Assembly (NCBI GenBank): GCA_012295275.1
Contig: CM022675.1
Span: forward strand, 12,710,001-12,774,000
Reading direction: 5' to 3'
DNA: 64,000 nt
Source of the DNA: Chrysomallon squamiferum
Lineage: Eukaryota; Animalia; Mollusca
The notes beneath the pieces were generated by a model that searched no databases, had not been told where the DNA came from, and saw only the letters and a program-made list of their open reading frames with translations. Both the position numbers and the translations under genes were made by a program. Positions within the stretch are counted from its first letter, which is position 1; each line of letters starts with the position of its first letter. Positions 34,685 to 53,524 of the stretch are shown here, piece after piece.

Positions 34685-36543
34685 TAATTATTTGATTAAT
34701 TAATTAATAAAAATGCATTTAATAAATAAAATCATCATTGAACATTCATACACCTAATGTCTCTTTTTTGCATTCAATTTTTTATTTTTTTTTTATTTTA
34801 CATTAATGTACGTGCGCACGCACCTGTGTACGTACGTATGCAATATTAAAAATAAATAAACACACAAAAATTAGTTATAATAAAAACAAAAAACAAGAAG
34901 AATAACCTTTATATTTATCGTGATCTCTAGGAAAAAACACGACATCTATCACACTGCTGTTCATCAAGATACCAGCTCCAGACACATCTCTTTTCTTTCT
35001 ACTGGAACACGACTGGAAAAGAGCAGGGATATTCATTTAATACAGAAAATATAAACCATTACGTATACTTTCTTATACGTATACCAACAAACAGAGAAAC
35101 AAATGGTCAAGCTAAATATTTGAAGAAGAAGAAGGAAAAAGTAATAATAAAGAATTGGTCTTTAACGGCGTCTAAAAGCAGGAATGGTAATGCCCATTGA
35201 ATTTCCAAAGGAAGCTTAAAAAAAACAATGAGATGGACATAATAAATCTTTTTTGCAGATTGTCATTATAAAAACGTGTAATAAATGTTTTTTGATATAC
35301 ACACGTACATACATATATACATACTTACATACACTGAAATAAACATACATACACATACCTAAACTTACACATACACATATGTACACACACATACAGACAA
35401 ATATATGTTTATACACACACACACACACATACTGACAGACAAACGCACACACGGATACACATTTATACAACATGACCATAACATTCAGGAGCCTTTCGAG
35501 ACAAGTAAACACGCATAACGAAGAACATTACTACATTCTCCATATTAATCATGTTCAAACTGCGTTAAATTTCTCAAGTAAGATATTTACAGGGGCTACA
35601 CAGCCTGCGGCGTCTCCACTCAAACAAGTTTTAAACGTAAAGGTGAGCTTCAGAGCAGGGCCGGAGTTAAAACGGAAGATGCGTAACGTCACTTCCACTA
35701 CTTTCTTGTCAGTGCTTGGATGTCCTGGGTTTGTGGCCACCATAGCTTCCTTTCCAGCTACCCGACATCTGTTAGTAATAATAATAATAGCAGCAGCAGC
35801 ACAAACAACAACAACAATAATAGATTTAGATACGTTATTAAAATAATTAAGAAAGCATACTGATTCAATGAAAAAACAGACACACACATACACACACACA
35901 CACGTGCACATACGTTAACATAATAGATATTCACATTTAAAAAGAAAATAGTTACACGCATACACACATACTTATGCACGCATATAAACACAGACAGACA
36001 CAGAAACAGAATAAAGAAATGAAGAGAAAATTAATTTCTTACCCATTTGAAATAAGAGTGTCAGCAGTTCCGCCTTGGTTGTCATCGGCAACCAGGCTAT
36101 CCAATCGTATTTCTTCTAACTCTGTAATATATATATAAGGCTAGTAAGAGATGCACATAAAGGAAAAGTCAGTAAATAACGATACAAATAAAATGATATA
36201 AAATTCCTTTTAATTTCACCAGTAAGATAGCATTTTGCAATACATTATAAAAAACAAACATGTATATAAAATATCATACCTGAGCCTCCGGTGAAGGTGA
36301 AGGTCATTTGCTCGCCTATATTTATATTTTCCGTTGTTGGTGAAATGGATGATAGGATGACGTCGCCAAATTTTTTCTCCACTGCCGCTTGCCCCAAATA
36401 AGGCGTACTGTGTAACAGAACAATAGAAGGAGTAGTAGTAGTAGTCGTAGTAGCAGTAGTAGTAGTATCAGCAGCAGCAGTGTTAAATAGAGCGGTAGTA
36501 ATTGTGGCATAAGTATCAGTAGTAGTAATGGTTGTAGTAGTAA

Positions 36544-36590
<47 letters not shown>

Positions 36591-39206
36591 ATAGTAGTAG
36601 TAGTAGTAGTAGTAGTGAAAATAGTAATATGGCAGATATTATAACCAATTTTAGCTACACTTACACATCAAGAGCTGACGTCGTAGCTGTACCGTCGGCG
36701 ACGTCCTTCGTACAGACAGCAGTGACAACGAAGTCAGCACTGGTCACTCTGTCGCTGAGGTCCTGAACCACGAATTTGCGACTAAACTTGTCTGTTGTCT
36801 GTGAAAGAGAGGACATAGCAATGAGTGGAACTGTTAGGTGATTAGCATCAACGACAACAACGGCACGTTAGTCAGTCTGTTAGGTGAACAGTTAAAGACG
36901 TAAACAGAAAGATGTTCAGACAGAAACACAACACAACAAGTGTGTAGATAAGTCAATTGTAGGTGTGACTTATCAAATATTTAACAGTATTCATCAAAGT
37001 AGTGTAAAACTGCTATATATGTGTATGTGTGTGTTTGTGTGTGTATCAAAGCATATGGTAAGTACTGTACATTAATAAAAGTGTAGAGTATGCTCTATGC
37101 ATATATATCATAGTGTAATACAAATATTTTGTGTATATCAAAGCATCCGGTACTGATAAAAATATATTCCTTCAAATTAATCAAAATGTATTATAAGTGA
37201 TTTATTTGAATGGATATTTACCAAAGATATCAAAGTTATGACTTTTTTTTTTTTAAAAATTTATAAAAGTGTACGGTACATAGTGTATGTATAACAAAGT
37301 TTAGTATATTGTGTATGTTTATAAAAGTCCATGGTACGTACTGAGGTGTCAGCCGAGTCACATGACACATCTGAAGAATGTGAAATACCAGACTTTGTCC
37401 AGTCTCCTGACGATTCTGTGAGGTCACATGATCCTTTCTTGTCCATCTGGTACACGGCAGATGGGGTGGAGTAGGGTGTGATAGACACGCCCATGTCTGT
37501 GTTAGTACAGGTTACAGTGTCTGGAATATAGCAACGTCATCTTTGTCATCATCATCATCATCATCATAATATAATGATGGACATGATCGTTATTTCAGTA
37601 CTGGTCATCATCATCATCATTATCATCACTGTGATGATGATCATTATTTCATTCTTGGCGACCAACAACAACCATTCCAACAACGATCATCCTTACCATC
37701 ATTATCATCATCATCATCATCCAAGATCTAACTTTATTCAACCCATACATTAATTAAAAGTTAAATCAGTCGACTACAGTTTTGTTTACTCAAGTTAAAC
37801 TGGAGTTAGCGCATAAGACTGAAAAATATTTTAATCTACAGCGTTATTCTTCCTGGCCAAGTTTTCTTCTTGTCTTGTATATACATTAAATAACTTGTTG
37901 TTAAACATTAGCTAAAAGTCTGTATTAAACATCTCATTGTTGTTAAACATTAACTAAAGGTCTGTATTAAACATCTCTTGTTGTTAAACATTAACTAAAG
38001 GTCTATATTATACATATGTTGTTAAACATTAACTAAAAGTCTGTATTAAACACCTCTTGTTGTTAAACATTAACTAAAACTTTGTATTAAACACCTCTTG
38101 TTGTTAAACATTAACTAAAACACAGTAAGTGATGTATACTAGATGAGAGAGAGAAATCGTTTTACTTACATCGCTTTTCATTACACTGGGTTCCTTTGTA
38201 TTCTGGCGGACAATAGCAGCTGACTGAACTGCCGTCGTTGTTGTTGCTGTCGTAGCATGTTGCTCCGTTCTGACACGTGGTACTTCCAGAGCAGTCGTTA
38301 GCGTCTTTGTCGGCTGTGAAGAAATTAAATCATAATTGTTATTAATGTGGTTCAGCCCATCTACTTCTATTATTTATTTATTTAATTATAATAATAATAA
38401 AAAAATAAATAAAAAAAAATAAAAAAAAATAATAATAATAAAATAATAAAATTCTCTGTCATATTCCTATATGTCGTTGGAAATAATTTCTTATTTTCTG
38501 TTTTAATTTAAAACGACATTCAATATTCATCATAATAATAAGAAGAAGAAGAAGAAAGAGAAGAAAAACAAGAAAACGGAAAAACAAAACACAAAAATTA
38601 AAAATGATATTCATAAATCAATCCTCTATTGAATAAACACATAGAAGAAAACATTTACAGCCTGTCATTGTCCTCTTTACATACTTTTCATAAAAAACAA
38701 AACAAAACAAAACAACTGAAACTACTGGAACACACATTGTTTATTATTCTGTGATATTCTAAAAATCAAGAAACAGAAACTGTTTACCTGTGTGAAGACC
38801 GCAGTCGTAACCTTCATAGTCCGTGCAGCCCGAACACTCACCGTCTGACCCGCACGTGCCCGAGTTTTGGCACGTGATGCTCTGTCGTCTGCAGTCATAT
38901 GATGACGTCACTAGTAAATAATAACAATAATAATAACAACTATTACCACTATTATTGCAAAAACACAAAAGATTAAAAAATTATTAATTAAATTCAACAT
39001 TTCATTCATCATCATCATTATTATTATTATTATTATTATTATACTGATATTATCATTATGAAAACAGAAATACTTTTCATCTAAGTAATAATGATATTAA
39101 ACTGTATCATTTACGTGTAATGTTTAAATGTCACCGTACCTGCCGAAAATGAAAACGCTTGTATCATAAAAAGCGTGATCCGCCATTTTGGAATTGCACG
39201 TGCCAT
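34399..39206 (-). CDS. EGF-like and zona pellucida (ZP) domain-containing type I membrane protein (molluscan EGF-ZP / ELDP / gigasin-2-like family), ~449 aa
   Basis: Exons 39206-39140 (signal peptide MARAIPKWRITLFMIQAFSFSA), 38910-38788 (EGF1 YDCRRQSITCQNSGTC..YEGYDC), 38313-38170 (EGF2 CQNGATC..CYCPPEYKGTQC), 37520-37342, 36798-36665, 36407-36280, 36121-36043, 35768-35591 (ZP-like: VTCTNTDM.., LISNGC, IFRF, FKTC), 35012-34907 (furin site RKKR) and 34610-34399 (TM IILPVVISGAALFLGVIAVGLLLLFL, stop TGA) total 1350 nt, in frame. Confidence 0.85.
37895..38120. repeat. Intronic minisatellite, ~41-bp unit x 5-6
   Basis: TTGTTGTTAAACATTAACTAAAGGTCTGTATTAAACATCTC repeated in tandem. Confidence 0.9.
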
Positions 39207-39342
39207 GATGATCTAAAAACTGTAAACATAAATGTTTCTAATATTAGTTATTTACTGATCCTCTTTGCTTGCTAGATCACGTTCTTATACTGATTTTATC
39301 ATTATGAAAACAGGAATACTTTTCATCTAAGTAATAACACAC

Positions 39343-39410
<68 letters not shown>

Positions 39411-40004
39411 GGATATATATATTATCATATAGCCTCGAAAAGCCTATTAGGCATTTTATAATATTTAATATTTCAGTTGTATACATTTAACCGTGCATTA
39501 AACAGGTTTTAAATTCAATATTAAATAATGGATGTCTTACTTCCTTGTTTATATAGATATATATCTATATCTATATAAAACCAACATTCATAATAAACAT
39601 GTGTTTTTATGTGCTTGTGTTTATTGGATATATTAGTCTTATATATATAATGAGAACGAGAGAAAGAAAGATTATGAGAACGATGTGTGAAAGAAAGATT
39701 ATCGAACAATGTGTCTGTGTGTGTTGTATGTTGTGTGTGTGTTTGTGTTTGTCTGTGTATAATTGAATGTGTGAAAGGGAGAAAGACAGAAAATGTTTCA
39801 CGAAAAAAAAAAATGTCAAAAAAAAAAAAAGAAAAAAAACCCAGAAACGTAAGGATAAGAAAAAACGTAGTAACCGTTGCTGAAATAAACGAAGCGAAGA
39901 CGACGACGTGAACATCCTCATCACGAAGGCGATAAATATTTTCATATCCTTAAATTTAGCACATTTTACACATAAGAAAAAACAACTTGACAAACTCAAC
40001 TCAC

Positions 40005-40051
40005 CTGATTTCACTTTGAAACCTGTCGTGACCGACTGCTGATATATATAT
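40005..40051 (-). promoter_or_regulatory. Possible TATA box and very short non-coding first exon of the EGF-ZP gene
   Basis: On the minus strand, TATATATA (40050-40043) lies about 40 bp before a strong CAG|GTGAGT donor at 40005. The ATG exon has an acceptor (ttttag) just upstream of the start codon. Confidence 0.35.
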
Positions 40052-40845
40052 CTTACAAAAGATTTTAAAATCTGCAATAACCGCTCTACTCCATTACCAT
40101 GTTTTTGATATGTGTCTGTATCCCTGCCATCATAATAATAATGTCCCCTGTTAAAATATTTGTTTGTATAAAAGACACGCATGGTCAGGTTTCTGTAGCA
40201 TCCGTTTCTGTGTTCGGCGTCGATTTTGTATGTGTGTTCTCTCAAGCGTAACAGTAAGATTATTATTTTGCTTCTGGGATAAAAGTACCTCAAACGGCAG
40301 CCATTTTGAACCTGTTACACGCTGAGAAGTGAACATTGTGTTGAGACAGACTCAAACCTGCCCCGCCCTTTTTATTACAAACCATTTGTGTCGTTAGTTA
40401 CATGAACTGCATAATATATGCATATAATTATATAGATTTTACATGATTTGCATAATATATGTATATGTGTTTATGTATGTATGTATGTGTGTACGTATGT
40501 ATGTATGAATGAATGTATGTGTGTATGTATGTATGTATGAATGAACGTATGCATGTGTTTATGTATGTATGAATGAATGTATGCATATGTGTTTATGTAT
40601 GTATGTATGTATGAATGAATGTATGCATATACGAATGAATGTATATATGTGTATATGTATGAATGTATGTATGTATTATGTAATATCGACGACTTACAGG
40701 AATACGTTAAGTTTCAAATTTTGGAAATAATTACAGTGAATTGTTTTTCCATAAGACTTAATGAAAACACATTATATTTAAAACGCCTCTGTCATAACTT
40801 CATAGTAAGTAAGCAAATAATATACATATATATATATATAATACA

Positions 40846-40881
<36 letters not shown>

Positions 40882-41062
40882 ACTTCGCCTGTTACAGAAG
40901 AAAAGAACAGGTAGAAGCAAGTCATGCTTCACTGAGAAATAACATAATTATGACTTCCCGCAGCGATTTGATCAAACATGGTAAGTTTAAACTTTTACTC
41001 ACCCTTTCTAGGAAGATAAACAACGCTGACAGTTTGTCTCGTTTTTGATTATTTATTTATTT

Positions 41063-41150
<88 letters not shown>

Positions 41151-41273
41151 AATTCAACAAAAATATGAGGCGGATATTTTAACACATATACACTTACACG
41201 AAACAAGATTTTATAAACACGTGATTGAACAGATGCACACGCAGACGGTCCGCCTAAGCTGCGGTTCTAATAA

Positions 41274-41305
<32 letters not shown>

Positions 41306-41714
41306 ACAAATGTAACAGTAAATTAACAAAATATGATTACTGTAAAGTAAATAGTTTTCCTATGGAGACAAACAGACTGTCAGAATACTGTAGTCAGTAT
41401 CATTTACCTGGGATTTAGCAGTTCTTACTTGTATCTATGGAAACGGTTTAAAGTTACGAACACGTATAGAGTAAAATTTCGTATTTTTATATAAATGTCG
41501 AGAATATCAGCGGTTTTTAGCACATCCATAGGGGACCTAAAATCAAGCATCTGTCATTAAAGCAGGCCGACGGATATTGAACAAATATCATTCAGCTTCG
41601 AGAGACTCTTTCCCACCGTAAAAGTCGGTGGTACGTGCTGTTATGTGAAAGTGAATTATTAACAGCTGTTGTTAATAATATTGTCCACATTCTTCATGAA
41701 CTTTTGTTTTATTT

Positions 41715-41780
<66 letters not shown>

Positions 41781-42249
41781 TTTGATCTGTAACTGTAAAA
41801 ATTTCAAACAACATTTAATATAAATAATCTTCTTTAATGATAATTTAAGAAGTAATAACAATTCTACCTGCATGCGCTTTTCCAAAATACGACTTAAAAT
41901 TTACACGTATATCTTTGGAAGCGCACATTGGTGTAGTTTCCTGATATTAAAAAACAATATTGTTAATTTAAAGTGTCATACAAGAAATAATTAATATTGA
42001 AAATGACGTTATCAAAAATCGATTTAAAGAAATTATTCTGCAGTGTTATATATTACCGTTTCATAGAATATTAATTTACAGTTAATGATAACAACAACAA
42101 CTACTACAACTACAACAACAACATCAATAATAATAAATTAACTAGTCGAATTTAACTGTAATGTGGTTGCGATCTTTGCGTAGTTAATTAAAAATTAAAA
42201 ATTAACTTGATAATAAAATCCATTGTATCTACACAGCTATTTTTGTATT

Positions 42250-42493
42250 TCACTTCTTCTTCTTCTTTTTCTTTTTTCCTCCCTTTTTTCCAGATTTCTC
42301 TCCAGACTTTTTCCCGCCTGTTTTTTTCTTTCCCGCTGTTTCAGCTTTACGTTTGTTAGGACTGTTACTACGTCCTATCAGTGACGTATTTCCTTTATTT
42401 TTCTGATTCTCTGATTGGTTCTCTTGCGGCGGGCGAGCTACAAACTCCACCCTCTGACCTTGACATTTCATCTGCAGAGAATGAATTATTTTT

Positions 42494-42539
<46 letters not shown>

Positions 42540-43154
42540 TTTAAAAAAATAAAAATAAATAAATAAATAAAAATAGACATGCATCTGCTAGAGGTGTTTA
42601 TTTAGTGTGTATGTGTGTGAATGAATGTGTAGGCGGGAGAGAAAACATCCAATCAGACATACGTGAAAATGTTGTTTGTTTGATTAGATTACCTGTTTAC
42701 ATTTTTTGCACTGTGTAGGTTCTCTCATTTCTCCAGTAAATTCCCCTCTCAGACATTCCTTACAGTATCTTGTACCACACCACTTACACTGGTACGTCTG
42801 AAATAAACAAATAAACAAACATAAATAAATAAATAAATAAAATAATCTTTTTACATTGCAAAGACGCATATATATTATACATTCATTATCTGTATATGTT
42901 TTTAGCTTTATTTTTATTTTCATTCCAGTTTTTGATATGCAAATCACGTGTTAGTAACAATGAAGTGACCGACCTTGAAAACAACAGAGCTCTCTATTGA
43001 TAAAAATAAACATATCTTCCTATTTCCTATAGAAGGGAGATAATTCATTTGTTGTGGAAGGGTTCAACACCGGACGTCTTAATATCTTTTTAGTTTTTCT
43101 GCGATCTTAGAAACCAAAACGGATTTAATTATTTGAATTTGATTCATCGCACAT

Positions 43155-43200
<46 letters not shown>

Positions 43201-43482
43201 CAACAATAACTGCTGTACTAACACTAGTAAGAACAACAGTATATAAAAGTATGGTTAGTGTCAAAACCAGAATAATACGGTACGTACTTGAATATAATTT
43301 TATTATTTTGGTATAAAGTGTTATGAGTGCGTATACAGACTGAATATCGGAGAGGTCTTTAAAAGCTAACACAGTGATCGCGTCTCTTGATCGAATGACT
43401 CGACTAAACAATGCGACTAAACTCGTCACATACACAGTAACACACTCACCGTATTCGTCGTAGGACAACCCCAGCGACACAT
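42250..43482 (-). CDS. Uncharacterised small protein (119 aa): N-terminal Cys-rich putative zinc-binding domain and Lys/Gly-rich C-terminus
   Basis: Exons 43482-43450 (MCRWGCPTTNT, donor GTGAGT), 42797-42693 (TYQCKWCGTRYCKECLRGEFTGEMREPTQCKKCKQ) and 42471-42250 (MKCQGQRVEF...[10 protein letters not shown]). All junctions are phase-0 canonical GT-AG. A probable non-coding exon ends at 43604. Confidence 0.75.
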
Positions 43483-43635
43483 GGTTTAACAGACACCTGC
43501 TACAGCTGAATAAACACACGTCAAGTTTTCACGTCTGCCAAAAAAAATAACAAAATGCAAATCGCGTGAAAAAAAACGATGTACGTCGAAATCTAACACT
43601 AACCTATTGATCCAACATGGCGACAAGCTTCGTCT

Positions 43636-43648
43636 GTTGCCTAGCAGT
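43636..43648. promoter_or_regulatory. RFX X-box-like motif at the inferred TSS of the small Cys/Lys-rich gene
   Basis: GTTGCCTAGCAGT (11/13 match to GTTGCCTAGCAAC), next to a YY1-like GCCATGTT (minus strand) and about 30 bp from the first donor site. Confidence 0.45.
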
Positions 43649-44828
43649 GTCGATTGACAGGGACTGGTTTGTGAGGGAATGTTATCTCGGTGAAAGCTGT
43701 AAACTTATTGTGTGTTATAGACTGCTTCGCTTCGAAGCTTTAAATGCTTTCGCGTTGTTTCGGTATATTTCGTCCTATTCCGCTGGTTGATAGAAAACAA
43801 TGTTTCGGAAATATCTACCCAGAAACGAAACAAAATGTCCTAAGAAGAATATATAAATCATAAAATTTTGAAAAAAAAGTTTTTAAATATGATTAATTTT
43901 CTGTTGTTCGTGGTGTATGCTGTTACAAAGATTATTATACAACAAATAATACAACAGGTACTTCCATTTTTGTCATAGCAGCAGTAACTATAGTTCTGGT
44001 TATGATGGTGATAGCATTAGTAGTAAAAGTAGTAGCATTGATAGTAGTAAAATAAGTAATAATATTTGTAATAGTAGTAAAGTAATAGTAGCAGTAGTAA
44101 TACTAAAGGCAGTAGTAGTAGTGATAATACTAGTGAAAGAAGCAGTATTAATAGTAATTGTAATAGTTAAAGTCGTAGTAACAGTTGTAGTAATAGTAGT
44201 TGTAGTAGTAGTAGCAGCAGCAATACTCTTTTCTATGATACAAATAAAACAAACACTTTTAAGTATATACACTTCAGGCTATTTATTTGTACAAGCACAA
44301 ATACATTTAAAAAAACCAACAAAAAAAAAACAACCCAAAAACATTCGCTGGGAATATACAACACATATTTACATTATTTTTTCCTGAACTTTATTATTAC
44401 CTTCTACCTGATTTTATTATAAAGCTAAAAAGTTGTAAGAGTGACCGAAAGCAGTATTCTAAATGAAATTTTAAATATACACCTCGACAAATCATACGAG
44501 TAGAGAAATGGGAACCTGTACTTGAAATTACATGTAATAACCACATTGGATCAACATGGTCTTTGTGCGCATGTCTAGACTGCTGCAGTTTTCTCACCTC
44601 GTTCTCATTTGTTTGTTAATTAGTATTTAATTATGTTAATTCTTTAATAACGAAGTCTTTATTATATTGCTATTTCTCGTTCCAGTCAGGTCTCAAACAT
44701 TAGCGTGACACAGGCTAATGGCATGTACTATCACGTTTGTAGGAAGGTTCATATAAAATATTACTTTCTGCTAATCGGAAATAATTTATATACATGAATA
44801 TATATAGTTTACACGAGAGACTGATTAA

Positions 44829-44864
<36 letters not shown>

Positions 44865-44997
44865 CCACAAAGAAAAGACAGCCAAACGTAGACATACAGA
44901 TCAAAATAGAAGAAAAAAAAAAAATAATAATAATAATAATAATAATAACAATCATAATCATAATAATAAATGTTATCGTGCGCCTGAAAATTATCGT

Positions 44998-50114
<5,117 letters not shown>

Positions 50115-50921
50115 CTTTCCTCTGCAGCTGCTGAACGCTGTTTGCAGGGTTTGTCTATGGGAAACTGAAGCAGTAATATACAAGGGGAAATTTTTTTTTT
50201 TTTTTTTTTTCCTGAGTTGCAGTGCGAAGTGAGCGTTTTTGTGTCAAGCTACTGACAGACGCAAAACATTTGCTAGTCTCTGTTTTTCTGCGGTTTCTAT
50301 ATGTTCATATATCCGACCGTTTAACGATTTTCATATCGTACTCTCTGCCAGCATACCTCACCCTCACCCTCACCCTCTCTCTCTGAGACACATTTTTTCT
50401 GTGTTACAATGATAATGTTTTACATAAAGCCGCAGAGTCGTTAAATAATTTTAAGGAACGATCCTGATAAAGCTGACAATTACTAAAGTAACTAAATCCA
50501 TCCATCTGTCTGTCCATCCTGCCTTCCACCTGTCTATCTAGTTAACACTCACTTAATAACTTGATGAAACGGTTGTGATAAAACTGACAATTATTAAAAT
50601 AAGTAATGTATACCTATCTGTCTGTCTGTCTGTCTATGTATGTCTATATATATATATCTATCTCTCTATATGTCTATCTGTATATCTGTCTATCTATTTG
50701 TCTATTTGTCAGTCAGACATACTGTGTGATTATATTTATTTGTCTATCAATCTGTCTGATTGTCTTCTCTTTATTTACATGTCCGTCTCTTTTTATTTAT
50801 TTATTTATTTACTCAGTTAGTTAGTCAGTTAGCTGTTTCCTTTTGCATATTTATTTGGTTGTTTGCTTACATTTATATCCTCTTTACAATAACTATTTAT
50901 TAAAAAAAAAAAAAAAAAAAA

Positions 50922-50960
<39 letters not shown>

Positions 50961-51344
50961 TATAATAATAATAATAATAATTATAATGTTATTTTGCTAA
51001 AAAAACACCCAAACAATATATATATATAAACTAACGTAGATTACTGCGCTGTTATAACTGTGTTTGTGAATGCACATGACGATAGACGGATACAGTTCAT
51101 ACACTTTTTATTTTTGAATATCTGTAATTTGCTGGTTTTAGGAATGTAAAAAAAAAAAAAAAAAAAAAAAAGAAGTAAAGAAAGAAAACTAATGAGGTCA
51201 ATGTTAACAGCTGGAATGTAAAGAATTTTTTTTTTTTTTTTTTTAAAACATTAAGAAGAGATATTTAATGCTAACATAAATTATTATGACACAAGCAATC
51301 GAAAATAGCAAAAAACAAATTAATCAATTAACGACAAAAATGAC

Positions 51345-51600
<256 letters not shown>

Positions 51601-52007
51601 ACAGCTAAAACACTAAAAATAAGAAACAGCTCTAGTCAGTGATGTTAACAACTAACGTACGTTTTTTGGAACGTGACGCCATACCTCTTGTTGTCATGGT
51701 TTCATTAACCATGACAACCATCTGAAAGTAGCCACTGTCACGTGCGCCATGTGAGGATCAAAGAACGCGTAACCAGAATCTGAGACCCTTTCAAGAAAGA
51801 ATCTGTGTCAGTGACAGTTACAAGCCTGTGTAAGACTCAGACATGTAGCACAGAGCTAGAGATAACAGCGTAGAGACATCGAGAATTGAGGTACAGTAAA
51901 AAAAACCAATATATATATATATATAGTGACTTATAGGAGATAATGACGTAGTGTATAGACAAGTGACATACAGTATATATGTATCGTCATATAGTATAAA
52001 GGTAGTG

Positions 52008-52067
<60 letters not shown>

Positions 52068-53485
52068 TATACTTGTGTTATGGTATATAGGTAGTTACAG
52101 AGGATCTCATATTCTGGAGAGGTCACGCTAGAGCGACCAGTTTTTCAGTGCTGAGTACAAATTCTGACATATTTTGAAGCGATGCAGTTTTGAAGTTCTA
52201 CAATTCAAAAACACAGCGACAAACACGACACAGTGATTAAAAATAAGCTTAAATTTTTCCGCGATTAATTGTTTAATTAAAAGTTTAAAAGAATCTCGAA
52301 TTTTCTAGATCTCCGCCATAGATTGTCAAGACTGCTGTTGGATTTTCTTCAAGGTCATTCTTACAACCTCGAGATGAATATCTAACTGCTTATAAAAATT
52401 TCGAATACATTTTTTTAAACATCTCTACAATATTGTCAGCTTTTTGATTTTGTATAATAATTTGCATTTCGCTTTTATTTTATTTATTTTTTTAATTGTA
52501 CCTTACTTTTAATTTGCCGTTTTTTATACGTTACAGCTCATGCCAGTGAAAACGTTTAAGATAAAAAATGCTGAATGTCTTATTAAATAAAATGTTTCTT
52601 TTTTTCTTTCTTTTATTCTGCTGGAGTGTTGTTAAACATTATTCCACTGCTAAGAATTAAGAAACATTTCTTATTAGTTTTGCGAAATAAAGAAACGTTC
52701 AGAAACAGATAATGTGCAGAGGTTTCACCTGAGGTTAGGATAAAAGTTGTTTTCTTCTTCTCGTTAATTCTCGCTTTCTCTCGCGTTACTTTTCTAGTGT
52801 ATTTGTTTGAAAAGAAAATTTAATCAAAACCTAAGATCACAATTTAAGAAAATAAAAACAAAAATGAAGCCGTATACAGATTAATACTTTTAATGAGGTG
52901 ATTCAAAATTCCATCTAGTAACGTATAATAATAAAAACAATTTTTTTATTGTTTAAATATTAAAGATATAAACAAGAAAAAAAACCCCATATAATCTACA
53001 TATCACATCATTCAGCATTCTGTTGTTATATATAAATTAATATATTAGATAATGAAATATAACACAAAACCACGAGAATTAATATATGTGTGAGTATTTC
53101 ACAAAGAAAATCATTGTTTCAAAAATCATCTTAATAAACATTCATTTCTCACACAGAAAATAAAGTAATTAGACTTAAATAAATACACTATACGAAACCA
53201 TACGAAATAAATCGCTTGATCTTCTTTTTTCTTCTTTTTTTTCTTTCTCGTTTTATTGAATTTTGTTAATTTTGGGTAGATGGTACATAATGTAACATTT
53301 TGATTGAAAAATATGAAATTTTCAAGTAGTGAATATACTGGCAAGGCGCGATAAACACAAAATTCCATTCTTATGGAGGCGTTTAATATAAGATAATATA
53401 ATATAATATAATATAATATAATATAATATAATATTACAATTCACCTCACTCCATTTCAAAATTGACAGTGGCTAAATAAAATTAT

Positions 53486-53524
<39 letters not shown>

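Noticed and set aside
39607-40293. 228-aa minus-strand ORF upstream of the EGF-ZP gene
   Set aside because: It has a non-ATG start, runs through poly-T and (CA)n tracts, and shows no domain. It is more plausibly promoter and intron sequence.
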